Under the pieces are notes generated by a model that was not told the DNA's origin, did no database searches, and was given only the letters and a program-made list of their open reading frames with translations. This document shows, piece by piece, positions 9,811 through 19,058 of a stretch of DNA of 64,000 bases; the stretch's first letter is position 1; each line of letters starts with the position of its first letter. Source of the DNA: a candidate division FCPU426 bacterium (GTDB lineage: Bacteria > Oederibacteriota > PGYV01 > Palsa-1178); the NCBI GenBank assembly GCA_963840035.1, contig CAWIXE010000002.1, forward strand, positions 416,001 to 480,000, given 5' to 3'. Made by a program: the position numbers and the translations under genes.

Positions 9811-9887
9811 TGGTGGGCGCAGCTGGGATCGAACCAGCGACCCTTAGCTTGTCGAGCTAATACTCTAACCAACTGAGCTATGCGCCC
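9811..9887 (-). tRNA. tRNA-Val(GAC) with encoded CCA
   Basis: Reverse complement folds as GGGCGCA/TGCGCCC acceptor, D arm GCTC/GAGT, anticodon arm TTAGC-TCGACAA-GCTAA, T arm GCTGG-TTCGATC-CCAGC, ACCA end. Confidence 0.93.
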
Positions 9888-9935
9888 AACATGTTACATC
9901 CCTAAACAAAAGACACGTTCCTTAAATGAGATATA

Positions 9936-9964
9936 ATTTTATCCAAGTGTTTGAGACAAGTCAA
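9936..9964 (-). promoter_or_regulatory. Sigma70-type promoter for the tRNA
   Basis: TTGACT-17 bp-TAAAAT on the minus strand, about 50 nt upstream of the tRNA. Confidence 0.7.
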
Positions 9965-9987
9965 CATAAATATTGAAGGGAGATGCT

Positions 9988-10539
9988 ATGAAAAGAAGGG
10001 CTTTTTTGATAATTTTGGGTGTTGCGATTTTTGTGTCCATTTCCGGTTGCAAAAGCGTTGCTCCTGCGCAGCCGCTTACCTGCACTACAGTGATAGGCTA
10101 TCCAACCAATAACAATAACAACTACAGGATGGGGAACGAGATTGTCGCGACAAAATTCACAATGGACGTTGACGGGCATATTAACGCGATAATGGTAAAA
10201 CTGGCTAATCCGGCGGCTATTATTGCCGCGGTATATGCCGATACCGGCACCTCGCCGGGTGATGTCCTGGTTCAGACGGCAATTTACGCCGGCCAGGCAG
10301 GGTGGAACGCGATGCCAACCCCCGGATACGACCTTGTCAGCGGAACGAGTTATTGGCTTGCTGTTTTGGCTGACGCGGCGGCCATAGCCTCAGTTGAACC
10401 CGGAGCTACAGCGGTTTATAAACACGCATCCCTTTCAATTGATGCAACAGTTACGGCTTTAGGATTGCCACCCGGATCAGACCTTATGTGGACTGACGCC
10501 ACAGGGGAAATAAAAATTGCCGCGCTTAACTGCAAGTAA
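9988..10539 (+). CDS. Hypothetical lipoprotein
   Basis: Signal peptide with lipobox ISGC; beta-rich body (GWN...GTSYWLAV). Confidence 0.7.
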   Translation: MKRRAFLIILGVAIFVSISGCKSVAPAQPLTCTTVIGYPTNNNNNYRMGNEIVATKFTMDVDGHINAIMVKLANPAAIIAAVYADTGTSPGDVLVQTAIYAGQAGWNAMPTPGYDLVSGTSYWLAVLADAAAIASVEPGATAVYKHASLSIDATVTALGLPPGSDLMWTDATGEIKIAALNCK

Positions 10540-10602
10540 ACAAACATGAATTATTTAAATGTTGTCTATAGTTGTGTTTTAATTGATTTGTTTCTTTTTC
10601 CA

Positions 10603-10686
10603 TCTCCCCTTGGGAGAGGGTAGGGTGAGGGGAATAATACAGCTGGTTTCACCTCACCCCAGCCCCTCTCCTAAGAGGAGAGGGGG
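10603..10686. repeat. BoxC-like purine/pyrimidine palindromic doublet, inside a possible degenerate MITE (about 10558-10755)
   Basis: TCTCCCCTTGGGAGAGGGTAGGGTGAGGGG ... CCTCACCCCAGCCCCTCTCCTAAGAGGAGAGGGG; related copy at 52102-52229. Confidence 0.75.
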
Positions 10687-10820
10687 ATGTAAAAAACGAA
10701 GAAAAGAAAGCATGTATGTTTTAATGAAAATGATTTTGCACGCAATAACATTATCTAAACAAGCTTTGATTTAACAATTACGGGTGTTATAATATGTATG
10801 CTTTAAAATAAGGAGGGAAA

Positions 10821-11393
10821 ATGCTAAAAAACATGCTGCTCGCTTTTATACCTGTGTTTGTGGCTGTCGATGTTGTCGGAATACTCCCGCTATTTATAGC
10901 GTTAACCAAAGGTTTTAAGGATAAGGACAGAAAAAAGATACTTTTTCAGTCGTTCATAACCGGGGTATCGCTCGCGCTTATTTTTATATTCGTTGGTAAA
11001 TGGATTTTTTCTGTCCTTGGAATAACTGTCCATGACTTTATGATAGCGGGCGGCGTCATACTGTTCTTTATCGCCATGCGCGACATTTTTTTTCCCGGCA
11101 GGCAGTCGGAAGCCGCGGCTGCTGAGATGGGGGCTGTGCCCATAGGCACGCCTCTTATTGTCGGGCCGGGAGTACTGACTACGTGCCTTATCATTGTTGA
11201 CCAGTACGGAATAATCCCAACCATTACATCAGTAGTACTGAATGTCCTGATAGCTGTCATTACCCTGGGGTTTTCAGGGATCATAGTTAAGGTCATCGGC
11301 AAGACCGGTGTCTCGGTGCTCTCACGCATTATGGCGCTTTTACTCGCAGCAATCGCCGTAATGATGATACGTAAAGGGATGGGAATATTATGA
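10821..11393 (+). CDS. MarC family membrane protein
   Basis: F.IAGG.ILF, VPIGTPLIVGPG, SRIMALLLAAIAV. Confidence 0.9.
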   Translation: MLKNMLLAFIPVFVAVDVVGILPLFIALTKGFKDKDRKKILFQSFITGVSLALIFIFVGKWIFSVLGITVHDFMIAGGVILFFIAMRDIFFPGRQSEAAAAEMGAVPIGTPLIVGPGVLTTCLIIVDQYGIIPTITSVVLNVLIAVITLGFSGIIVKVIGKTGVSVLSRIMALLLAAIAVMMIRKGMGIL

Positions 11394-11518
11394 AAAATGA
11401 CAAAAAGGAAAAACCGGGGATATTTGAGAAAGAAGCCATGGTTATGTGGGTTCCGGTCCTGATACTTATAATACTTGCGATCATACTGGCCCCTTACATT
11501 TTGAAAATGATAAAATAA
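11390..11518 (+). CDS. Putative 42-aa single-TM small protein; absent from the ORF track
   Basis: ATGA overlap with the MarC-family gene stop; MKNDKKEKPGIFEKEAMVMWVPVLILIILAIILAPYILKMIK*. Confidence 0.55.
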   Translation: MKNDKKEKPGIFEKEAMVMWVPVLILIILAIILAPYILKMIK

Positions 11519-11661
11519 CATTATTTTTAGCCTGTAAATTAACCTCATACAGGCGATTTCACGGCAAAACTACCGCGTTAAAACTAAAGCAACCCTTATG
11601 GACAATCTGCGTTAAACATTATATAATCTACATGCTAAAATTTAAATAATCAGGAGCTTAC

Positions 11662-13776
11662 ATGAAAACAAAAGTATCTTTAAACGGAAAGTGGGATTTT
11701 ACATACCAGGGCAAAAAGGCAAAGATAACGGTGCCTTCCAACTGGTATAAGGCGGGTTTTGACATATCAGGCGCGGCTGAGTACGGCAGATCGTTCAAAC
11801 TGAAAAAGCAGGCGGGCAAAAAGTATTTCCTTACGTTCATGGGAGTGGATTACTTTTGCGGGGCTTATGTTAACGGCAAGTTCGCAGGGAAGCATGAAGG
11901 CTACTTCCAGAAGTTCAGGTTTGACGTGACAGATATGGTGAAGTCCGGGAATAACTCGGTGAAAGTCCTTGTAAACGCGCCCAAAGAATCAGCCGATATA
12001 TGGCCGAATTCAAAATATCTCATAAAGGGCATATTTAACCACCATGATGCCAGACCCGGTTCCTGGAACAAGAAAACAGGCCAGGAAATGAACACCGGCG
12101 GCATATGGAATGACGTGTGCGTGGAGGCTGTTGACGCGCTGGAAATAGAGATGGTCAAGATAACCCCGCTTTTGAAGGACGACGGCGTATGGAATGTGGG
12201 CTCCGAACTTATCATAAATAATTATACCGATGCTGCGATAGAGGCCGCGCTTTCGTGCGCTATCGCGCCTTTTAATTTTAAGGGAAAGTCAAAAACCATG
12301 AAAAGGGAAGTCTCGCTGAAACCTGGCGCGAATACGGTTTACCTCCACGCTGACATGCAAAATCCGGCCCTGTGGTGGACGTGGGATTATGGAAAACAGA
12401 ATCTGTATGATTTTTCCTATACTGTTAAAGCAGGCAAGGCAAAGGACGTTTACAGCGACATAAGCGGCATCAGGGAATTTAAGAAGGCTGAGGATAAAGC
12501 GTGGTACCTGAACGGCAAGAGGCTCTTTATCCGCGGAACGAACATAATCCCGACGCAGATGCTTTCTGAATACACACAGGAAAAGGCCGCCAAAGACATT
12601 AAGATGCTCATAGGAGCCAATCTGAACATGGTAAGGATACACGCCCACGTAAACAGGAAAGAACTATATTATGAGGCTGATAAAGCCGGCATCATGGTAT
12701 GGCAGGATTTCGCGCTGCAGTGGGGATATGAGACCACGGAAACATTCATGGAAAATGCCGTATCGCAGATAAAGGACATGATCAACCTCCACTATAACAG
12801 GCCGTCAATAACATTCTGGTGCTGCCATAACGAGCCTTTTGTCTCTGAAAAGCAGCTTGACCCCGTGCTTTATATAAAAGCGCGCGAGGCAGACCCGGTA
12901 AGGTACATAGAAAAAGCTTCGGATTTCACACAGCATTATTATCCGGGCTGGTATTACGAGAATACGCCTGAGAATTTTTACCTTGATACTGTTAACGCTG
13001 AAAAGCGTTTTATCATTTCCGAATACGGTGCGGAAGCGCTGCCGTGCAGGGAAACTATGGATAAGATGATGGACCCGAAAGACCTGTGGCCGCCGAATTG
13101 GGCCGAGTGGGAATACCACGATTTCCAGCCCGAGCAGACGTTTAATACTGCCAGGGTGAAAATGGGCGATTCGCTCGATGAGTTCATTGAAAATTCCCAG
13201 AAATACCAGGCTGACATAATCAAGGCGCATACAGAGACTTACAGGCTGGCGCGCTATAAGTTCTTAAATGGGATACTGCACTTCATGTTCTGCGAGTGCT
13301 GGAATTCCATTACCTGGGCTGTGGTGGATTATTACAGGATACCCAAGAAGGGTTATTTCGCGCTTCAGACAGCCATGCAGCCGGTGTACCCTGGATACAG
13401 GCTTGTCAGGAGCACGAAGTCAAAAGAAGAGCGTTTAAGCTGGGGAGTACTCTGGGACCCGTTTTTTGTCATTAACGACCTTCCTGAAGTGCAAAAGGGC
13501 GTGACAGCTGAGATAACCCTTACGGACGCGGCAGGCAATGTTTACAAAAAAGAAAAACGCAAGCTCGCGGACATACCCGCGGACTCAGTCGTATATCCGT
13601 TCCAGGGGCAGGCTCTTGAGGCTTTTGAAGCAGACCCGTTTGTAATACCTGACACAGTCGCGACAGGCTGGGGAAGCGTGGGGATAAAGCTTTATGATTC
13701 CAAAGGAAAGGCGTTTGCGAAAAACTCATATGAACTTGAAATTACTGAACGGCTTTCAGGGCCGTTTGGCGGATAA
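11662..13776 (+). CDS. Glycoside hydrolase family 2 (beta-mannosidase-like), no signal peptide
   Basis: GVDY...HEGYF, WWTWDYG.Q.LY, RGTN, WQDF, WCCHNEP, ISEYG. Confidence 0.85.
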   Translation: MKTKVSLNGKWDFTYQGKKAKITVPSNWYKAGFDISGAAEYGRSFKLKKQAGKKYFLTFMGVDYFCGAYVNGKFAGKHEGYFQKFRFDVTDMVKSGNNSVKVLVNAPKESADIWPNSKYLIKGIFNHHDARPGSWNKKTGQEMNTGGIWNDVCVEAVDALEIEMVKITPLLKDDGVWNVGSELIINNYTDAAIEAALSCAIAPFNFKGKSKTMKREVSLKPGANTVYLHADMQNPALWWTWDYGKQNLYDFSYTVKAGKAKDVYSDISGIREFKKAEDKAWYLNGKRLFIRGTNIIPTQMLSEYTQEKAAKDIKMLIGANLNMVRIHAHVNRKELYYEADKAGIMVWQDFALQWGYETTETFMENAVSQIKDMINLHYNRPSITFWCCHNEPFVSEKQLDPVLYIKAREADPVRYIEKASDFTQHYYPGWYYENTPENFYLDTVNAEKRFIISEYGAEALPCRETMDKMMDPKDLWPPNWAEWEYHDFQPEQTFNTARVKMGDSLDEFIENSQKYQADIIKAHTETYRLARYKFLNGILHFMFCECWNSITWAVVDYYRIPKKGYFALQTAMQPVYPGYRLVRSTKSKEERLSWGVLWDPFFVINDLPEVQKGVTAEITLTDAAGNVYKKEKRKLADIPADSVVYPFQGQALEAFEADPFVIPDTVATGWGSVGIKLYDSKGKAFAKNSYELEITERLSGPFGG

Positions 13777-13788
13777 CTGGCACGCAAT

Positions 13789-14457
13789 ACCCGGCGTCTG
13801 AGACGCAGGCAAGCTGCGTCTCTACAAAATACAAAGGCTTTCAGGTTTAGTCTTTCGTAGAGACACAGCTTGCTGTGTCTCGTATTTGCCTTGTTTTAAA
13901 CACCCGGCGTCTGAGACGCAGCAAGCTGCGTCTCTACAAAATACAAAGGCTTTCAGGTTTAGTCTTTCGTAGAGACACAGCTTGCTGTGTCTCGCATTTG
14001 CCTTGTTTTAAACACCCGGCGTCTGAGACGCAGCAAGTCTGCGTCTCTACAAAATACAAAGGCTTTCAGGTTTAGTCTTTCGTAGAGACACAGCTTGCTG
14101 TGTCTCGCATTTGCCTTGTTTTAAACACCCGGCGTCTGAGACGCAGCAAGCTGCGTCTCTACAAAATGCAAAGGTTTTCAGGTTTAGTCTTTCGTAGAGA
14201 CACAGCTTGCTGTGTCTCGCATTTGCCTTGTTTTAAACACCCGGCGTCTGAGACGCAGGCAAGCTGCGTCTCTACAAAATACAAAGGCTTTCAGGTTTAG
14301 TCTTTCGTAGAGACACAGCTTGCTGTGTCTCGCATTTGCCTTGTTTTAAACACCCGGCGTCTGAGACGCAGCAAGCTGCGTCTCTACAAAATACAAAGGC
14401 TTTCAGGTTTAGTCTTTCGTAGAGACACAGCTTGCTGTGTCTCGCATTTGTTTTAAA
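13789..14457. repeat. Tandem array of six 112-113 bp units, each an inverted GTAG-REP doublet (BIME-like)
   Basis: Units start at 13789, 13902, 14014, 14127, 14239 and 14352 and are nearly identical, including the linkers. Confidence 0.95.
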
Positions 14458-14476
14458 TAACTTGAAACGTAAAGCC

Positions 14477-14543
14477 GGGCGAGCCACCGGCTCGCCCCTA
14501 CGAAAACAAAGCGGATTTGTAGGGGCGAGCCGGTGGCTCGCCC
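14477..14543. repeat. Inverted REP doublet GTAGGGGCGAGCCGGTGGCTCGCCC
   Basis: Exact copies also at 22977-23001, 44207-44231 and 44257-44281. Confidence 0.9.
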
Positions 14544-14627
14544 GGCTCTTTTATGGGGCTTCTTTTAACTTGAAAACCAATGGATTTGGCGTTATCCTAT
14601 ACATATAAAAAAATATGGGAGGTTTAT

Positions 14628-15848
14628 ATGGCCGTACAAACACCGGAAGTAAAACGCGCTTTCCAGCTTATTTTCTTTTTTGGACTTATAAGCCTGTTTG
14701 GCGACATTGTATATGAAGGCGCCAGAAGCGTCAACGGCCCTTACTTAAAGACCCTTGCGGCAAACGCGGCAATGGTAGGACTTATAACGGGTATCGGCGA
14801 ATTCGCCGGTTACGCGTTGCGCCTTGTATCAGGGTATTTTGCCGATAAGACAAAAGCCTACTGGGTTTTTACGTTTTTAGGATACGGCATGATAATAGCC
14901 GTGCCAATGCTGATGTTTACCGGCACATGGCAGGTTGCGGCCGTATTGATGGTGGCGGAGAGGGTTGGTAAAGGCTTGCGGGCGCCTGCTAAAGATTCCA
15001 TAGTCTCAAGCGCGGCGAAAAGAGTTGGGACAGGAAAAGGGTTTGCCATACAGGAAGTTATGGACCAGTTTGGAGCGCTCATCGGGCCGCTTATATTTGC
15101 CGCATATTTTACTTTTACCGGGAAAGCGGAAAAAACAGCCGTCGACTACGCCCATGCTTACGGTCTTTTCTGGATACCATTCGCGCTTGTCATGATATTT
15201 GTGGTTGTGGCATATTTTCAGGTACCTGACCCGTCAAAGCTTGAACCGCCTAAGACCGCGCAGGAGCCGGATAAGATAACAAGGCTTTTTTGGATATATA
15301 ATATATTCTCATTTATTACAGCCATGGGTTTCATCAGTTATGCCATTATGGGTTTCCACTTTAAGTCGCAGAATGTCATAAGCGACGCCATGATACCCAT
15401 ATATTACGCAGTGGCAATGGCTGTGGACGGGGTTGCCGCGTATGTAATAGGCTCGGTTTATGATAAATTAAAGGAAAAACATAACCATCACGGAGGAGGC
15501 TTGCTTTCCCTTATTCTAATTCCTATCCTTTCCGCGTTGATACCGTTCTTTGCCTTCACCAAAAGCCCGGCGCTCGCGCTTGTATCGGCTGTGCTGTGGG
15601 GTATTGTAATGGGAATGCATGAGACCATAATGAAAGCGGCAATCGCGGATATCACGCCTATGAGAAAGAGGGGCACAGGATACGGCATATTTAACTTCGG
15701 CTACGGAATGGCCATGCTCGCAGGCGGGTATGTGGCAGGATTAATATATGACATTTCAATTCCGGTGCTTTGCTGGGGCGCGGCAGGCCTGCAGGCAGTT
15801 GCTCTGGTAATATTCTTCGTTATGAAAAAAGAGATAAAAACAACCTGA
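14628..15848 (+). CDS. MFS transporter
   Basis: D.VYEG.RS, ERVGKGLRAPAKD, about 12 TM segments; GGGAGG RBS. Confidence 0.9.
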   Translation: MAVQTPEVKRAFQLIFFFGLISLFGDIVYEGARSVNGPYLKTLAANAAMVGLITGIGEFAGYALRLVSGYFADKTKAYWVFTFLGYGMIIAVPMLMFTGTWQVAAVLMVAERVGKGLRAPAKDSIVSSAAKRVGTGKGFAIQEVMDQFGALIGPLIFAAYFTFTGKAEKTAVDYAHAYGLFWIPFALVMIFVVVAYFQVPDPSKLEPPKTAQEPDKITRLFWIYNIFSFITAMGFISYAIMGFHFKSQNVISDAMIPIYYAVAMAVDGVAAYVIGSVYDKLKEKHNHHGGGLLSLILIPILSALIPFFAFTKSPALALVSAVLWGIVMGMHETIMKAAIADITPMRKRGTGYGIFNFGYGMAMLAGGYVAGLIYDISIPVLCWGAAGLQAVALVIFFVMKKEIKTT

Positions 15849-15863
15849 TAATGAGGGGAATAA

Positions 15864-17153
15864 ATGGCATCAAAAAAGCATCAGAACATAGCGGCGCTTT
15901 TAAAAAAGCGTACTACGCCATATATCTATAATCTGATTAAGACCATTGGGACATACGCTGACGAGTATGATGTTTCCGCTTACCTGGTGGGCGGAATAAT
16001 CAGGGACCTCTTTCTTAAGAACAGGGATGTCGATATAGATATCACTGTGGAAGGCGACGGTATGGCTTTCGCAAAATACCTTGCGGACAACCTGGGAGCC
16101 GCGTATAAAGGGTTCGACCGCTTTAAAACCGGCAAGGTTTTCATGAAAGACGGCATGAGGATTGATGTTGCCAGCGCGAGGGCTGAACTTTACCCTGAGC
16201 CCGCATCACTTCCTGAAGTGGCTTTTTCTGACCTGAACAAGGACCTGTACCGCAGGGATTTTACCATCAACTCAATGGCGATGAAGATTAACGCGAAGGA
16301 TTTCGGTTCGTTTGTGGACCCGTTTGACGGTATTGGGGATTTGAAAAAGCGGGTATTACGCAGCCTTCACGATAAGAGTTTCATAGACGACCCGACCAGG
16401 ATAATAAGGGCTGTCAGGTTTGAGACCCGCTACGGCTACAGGATAGAAAAAACCACGATGGACCATTTAAAATATGCCTTAAAGCATGGCGCGTTTGACC
16501 CGGCGCCGGGGGAGAGGCTTCTGGACGAACTTATCATACTTCTTGAGGAAAGAGACCCGTTTAAGGCAATAAAGAGGCTCGACACCATAGGCGCTCTGGG
16601 TAAAATATGCAAAGGCATAAAAACAGGGCCGCAGACAAAGAAGATGTTCGGCAAGATGCATCCCATGAAAAAGTACGGGGCGGACATGCCGCTGCTGTAT
16701 TTCATGGCTTTGACGCGGGGCATGAAAGAACATGACCTTGCCGGAATGTATAAAAGATTGAAGCTTTCAAATGACTGGATAAAGCTCTTAAAACAGGCGC
16801 GCAAAGCTGAGGCGCTGCTCAAGCGCATGTCAAAAAAGAAGATGGCCTCAAGCGCCATATATTCTGCGCTGCACGGGTTGAACCCCGAAGCCACGCTATA
16901 CATGACGGCATTAACCGACGATAAAAATGTCCTGATAAACGTGAATCACTACATGGACGAGCTCATGCACACCACCATAGAGATCAACGGCAACGACCTG
17001 AAAATGCTGGGGCTCAAAGAGGGCCCGGTTTATACTGAGATATTAAAAAGCGTGATTATGGCTAAGCTGGACGGCAGGGTGAATGGGAAAAATCAGGAAA
17101 TTGAACTTGCGAAGAAATTGATCGTTAACTTTAAACTGAAAGCTGAAAACTGA
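15864..17153 (+). CDS. cca: Class II tRNA nucleotidyltransferase (CCA/A-adding family), without DHH/CBS domains
   Basis: VGGIIRD, DIDI, RRDFTINSMA, DDPTRIIRAVRF. Confidence 0.85.
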   Translation: MASKKHQNIAALLKKRTTPYIYNLIKTIGTYADEYDVSAYLVGGIIRDLFLKNRDVDIDITVEGDGMAFAKYLADNLGAAYKGFDRFKTGKVFMKDGMRIDVASARAELYPEPASLPEVAFSDLNKDLYRRDFTINSMAMKINAKDFGSFVDPFDGIGDLKKRVLRSLHDKSFIDDPTRIIRAVRFETRYGYRIEKTTMDHLKYALKHGAFDPAPGERLLDELIILLEERDPFKAIKRLDTIGALGKICKGIKTGPQTKKMFGKMHPMKKYGADMPLLYFMALTRGMKEHDLAGMYKRLKLSNDWIKLLKQARKAEALLKRMSKKKMASSAIYSALHGLNPEATLYMTALTDDKNVLINVNHYMDELMHTTIEINGNDLKMLGLKEGPVYTEILKSVIMAKLDGRVNGKNQEIELAKKLIVNFKLKAEN

Positions 17154-17180
17154 AAGTGGGATCACTTTGTTTGAAGGTTG

Positions 17181-17248
17181 GTAGCCGCAACCTTTAGGTT
17201 GCGAAAGGCAGGCATTGCTTCCTTACGCAGCCTGAAGGCTGCGGCTAC
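17181..17248. repeat. Inverted REP doublet, GTAGCCGCAACCTTTAGGTTGCG type
   Basis: GTAG plus hairpin ... hairpin plus CTAC. Confidence 0.85.
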
Positions 17249-17279
17249 CAAATCATAGTCGGAATTTAATGGAGGGTTT

Positions 17280-17774
17280 ATGGAATTTTTCGAGGTTCTT
17301 AAGAACAGGCGCAGCGTTAGAAAATATAAGAAGGAAAAAATAGACAGGAAGACGCTGGAAGAAATCGCTGAAGCCGGCAAGTGGGCGGCAAGCGCCAGGG
17401 CTGAATATCCCTGGAGCTTTATAATTATTGATGACGCGCAAAGGCTGAAAGACCTTGCCGGAATAATAGGGAACAACGGCCGTTTCATAGCTGACGCGGC
17501 AGCCGCTATTGTGGTTGTATCAAAGGACGCAAAATACTATATAGAAGACGGCTCAGCCGCCACACAGAATATATTAAACGCCGCGCACGCGCTTGGCGTG
17601 GGGACTTGCTGGGTAGCCGGGGATAAAAAGGACTATGTGGCGGATGTCCTGAAGTTCGTAAACGCGCCTTCGGAATATAAGCTGATATGTACCATCTCGT
17701 GCGGCATTCCTGACGAAAAACCCGTTAAAAATAAGCCTAATAATGGGGATGTCATCAGGTGGGACAAGACTTAG
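17280..17774 (+). CDS. Nitroreductase family protein
   Basis: RRSVRKY, PW.FII, A.QNI..AAHALGVGTCW. Confidence 0.9.
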   Translation: MEFFEVLKNRRSVRKYKKEKIDRKTLEEIAEAGKWAASARAEYPWSFIIIDDAQRLKDLAGIIGNNGRFIADAAAAIVVVSKDAKYYIEDGSAATQNILNAAHALGVGTCWVAGDKKDYVADVLKFVNAPSEYKLICTISCGIPDEKPVKNKPNNGDVIRWDKT

Positions 17775-17896
17775 ATTTCCTTAACCCCTATCCTTAATTC
17801 TTATCCTTAGCATTTGGAATTTGGTTAAGAGCTACAGGCTGAGGATAAGGGTAAGGTTTAGGGTTAAGAAAGACAGGATAAACAATATTAAAACGC

Positions 17897-17925
17897 TTGA
17901 CAAATCAGCCCGATTATTATATTCT
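17897..17925 (+). promoter_or_regulatory. Sigma70-type promoter of rplM-rpsI
   Basis: TTGACA-17 bp-TATTCT. Confidence 0.7.
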
Positions 17926-17992
17926 TCTATATCCTTTTGTCTGTAAAAGGCAGAAGGAATTTTGTATTTTTAATAGGAGGAATTTCAGCATT

Positions 17993-18418
17993 ATGAAGAC
18001 ATTTATGGAAAGACCGCAGGATGTAAAAAGGAAATGGTATATCGTAGACGCAAAGGACCAGGTTTTAGGCAGGCTGGCGACAAAAGTTGCCGACACATTA
18101 AGGGGCAAAAAGAAAGCCACGTTTACCCCGAGTGTTGATGGCGGTGATTTTGTTATAGTGATCAACGCAAGCAAGATCAGGCTTACCGGCAAGAAGGAAG
18201 ATAAGAAGCTTTACCAGTCGCACAGTTTATATCCGGGAGGGTTCAAGGAAGAGAAGTTCAAACATGTCCTTGAGACAAATCCTGAAAAGATCATAAAACT
18301 GGCTGTAAAAGGTATGATCCCGAAAACAAGGCTGGGAGACAAGGTCTTAACAAAACTCAGAATTTATAAGGGCGCGACGCATCCGCACACGGAAGTCAAG
18401 CCCGTAAATTTGATTTAA
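17993..18418 (+). CDS. rplM: 50S ribosomal protein L13
   Basis: RKWYIVDA, LGRLAT, GDFVIVINA, VKGMIPK, HPH. Confidence 0.97.
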   Translation: MKTFMERPQDVKRKWYIVDAKDQVLGRLATKVADTLRGKKKATFTPSVDGGDFVIVINASKIRLTGKKEDKKLYQSHSLYPGGFKEEKFKHVLETNPEKIIKLAVKGMIPKTRLGDKVLTKLRIYKGATHPHTEVKPVNLI

Positions 18419-18439
18419 ACTTTTAAGGAGGATTTTAAA

Positions 18440-18826
18440 TTGAGCAAAAAATACGGCACAGGCAGAAGGAAGAATGCTGTTGCCAGGGTATGGGTTGCAC
18501 CCGGATCCGGCAAAATCACGATCAATGATACCGACATAAAGGTCTATTTTCCGAGGGGAACTCACAGGGACCACCTGATAGCCCCGATGGAAGCGGTCGG
18601 CGTAGCTACCAAATATGATGTTATCGTAACGGCAAAGGGCGGCGGAAAGACAGGCCAGTCCGGAGCCATCAGGATGGGCATAGCAAGGGGTCTCGCGCAG
18701 GTTGATGAAGCTATGAAAGTAACGCTCGCAAAAGGCGGATTCTTAACCAGGGATTCAAGAATGGTAGAAAGAAAGAAATACGGAAAGATGAAAGCCAGGA
18801 GAAGCTACCAGTTCTCAAAAAGATAA
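18440..18826 (+). CDS. rpsI: 30S ribosomal protein S9 (TTG start)
   Basis: YGTGRRK.AVARV, GGGKTGQ, ERKKYG...ARR..QFSKR. Confidence 0.97.
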   Translation: MSKKYGTGRRKNAVARVWVAPGSGKITINDTDIKVYFPRGTHRDHLIAPMEAVGVATKYDVIVTAKGGGKTGQSGAIRMGIARGLAQVDEAMKVTLAKGGFLTRDSRMVERKKYGKMKARRSYQFSKR

Positions 18827-18865
18827 TAATTCAGTTCGGAGTTCGGAGTTCGAAGTGAAGGACAT

Positions 18866-18901
18866 AAAAAAAGGCCGGAAGAAATTCCGGCCTTTTTGTT
18901 T
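18866..18901 (+). terminator. Intrinsic terminator after rpsI
   Basis: A-tract GGCCGGAA-GAAA-TTCCGGCC T-tract. Confidence 0.9.
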
Positions 18902-18918
18902 TATGCACCCCTGGTTTT

Positions 18919-18980
18919 CGGGCGGATATAATCCGCCCGCTACAAGCGCGGTTTTGTAGCGGCCGCATATCATGCGGCCG
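18919..18980. repeat. REP doublet, GTAGCGG(G/C)CG type
   Basis: Hairpin plus CTAC ... GTAG plus hairpin; related copy at 46694-46718. Confidence 0.8.
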
Positions 18981-19058
18981 TTTCCGGCGGTGAAATAAGG
19001 ATTGATATAACGCCTGATTTTATTATAATTATACGGTAAACAAAAACCGGAGGATACA

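Noticed and set aside
9811..10760. Integrative island at tRNA-Val
   Set aside because: No integrase and no duplicated tRNA 3' end were seen; the lipoprotein gene lies on the 5' side of the tRNA.
13789..14457. CRISPR array
   Set aside because: The sequences between palindromes are identical rather than unique spacers, and no cas genes are in the window.
13875..14487. Short ORFs in the track (66-71 aa)
   Set aside because: They are translations of the REP array with no RBS.
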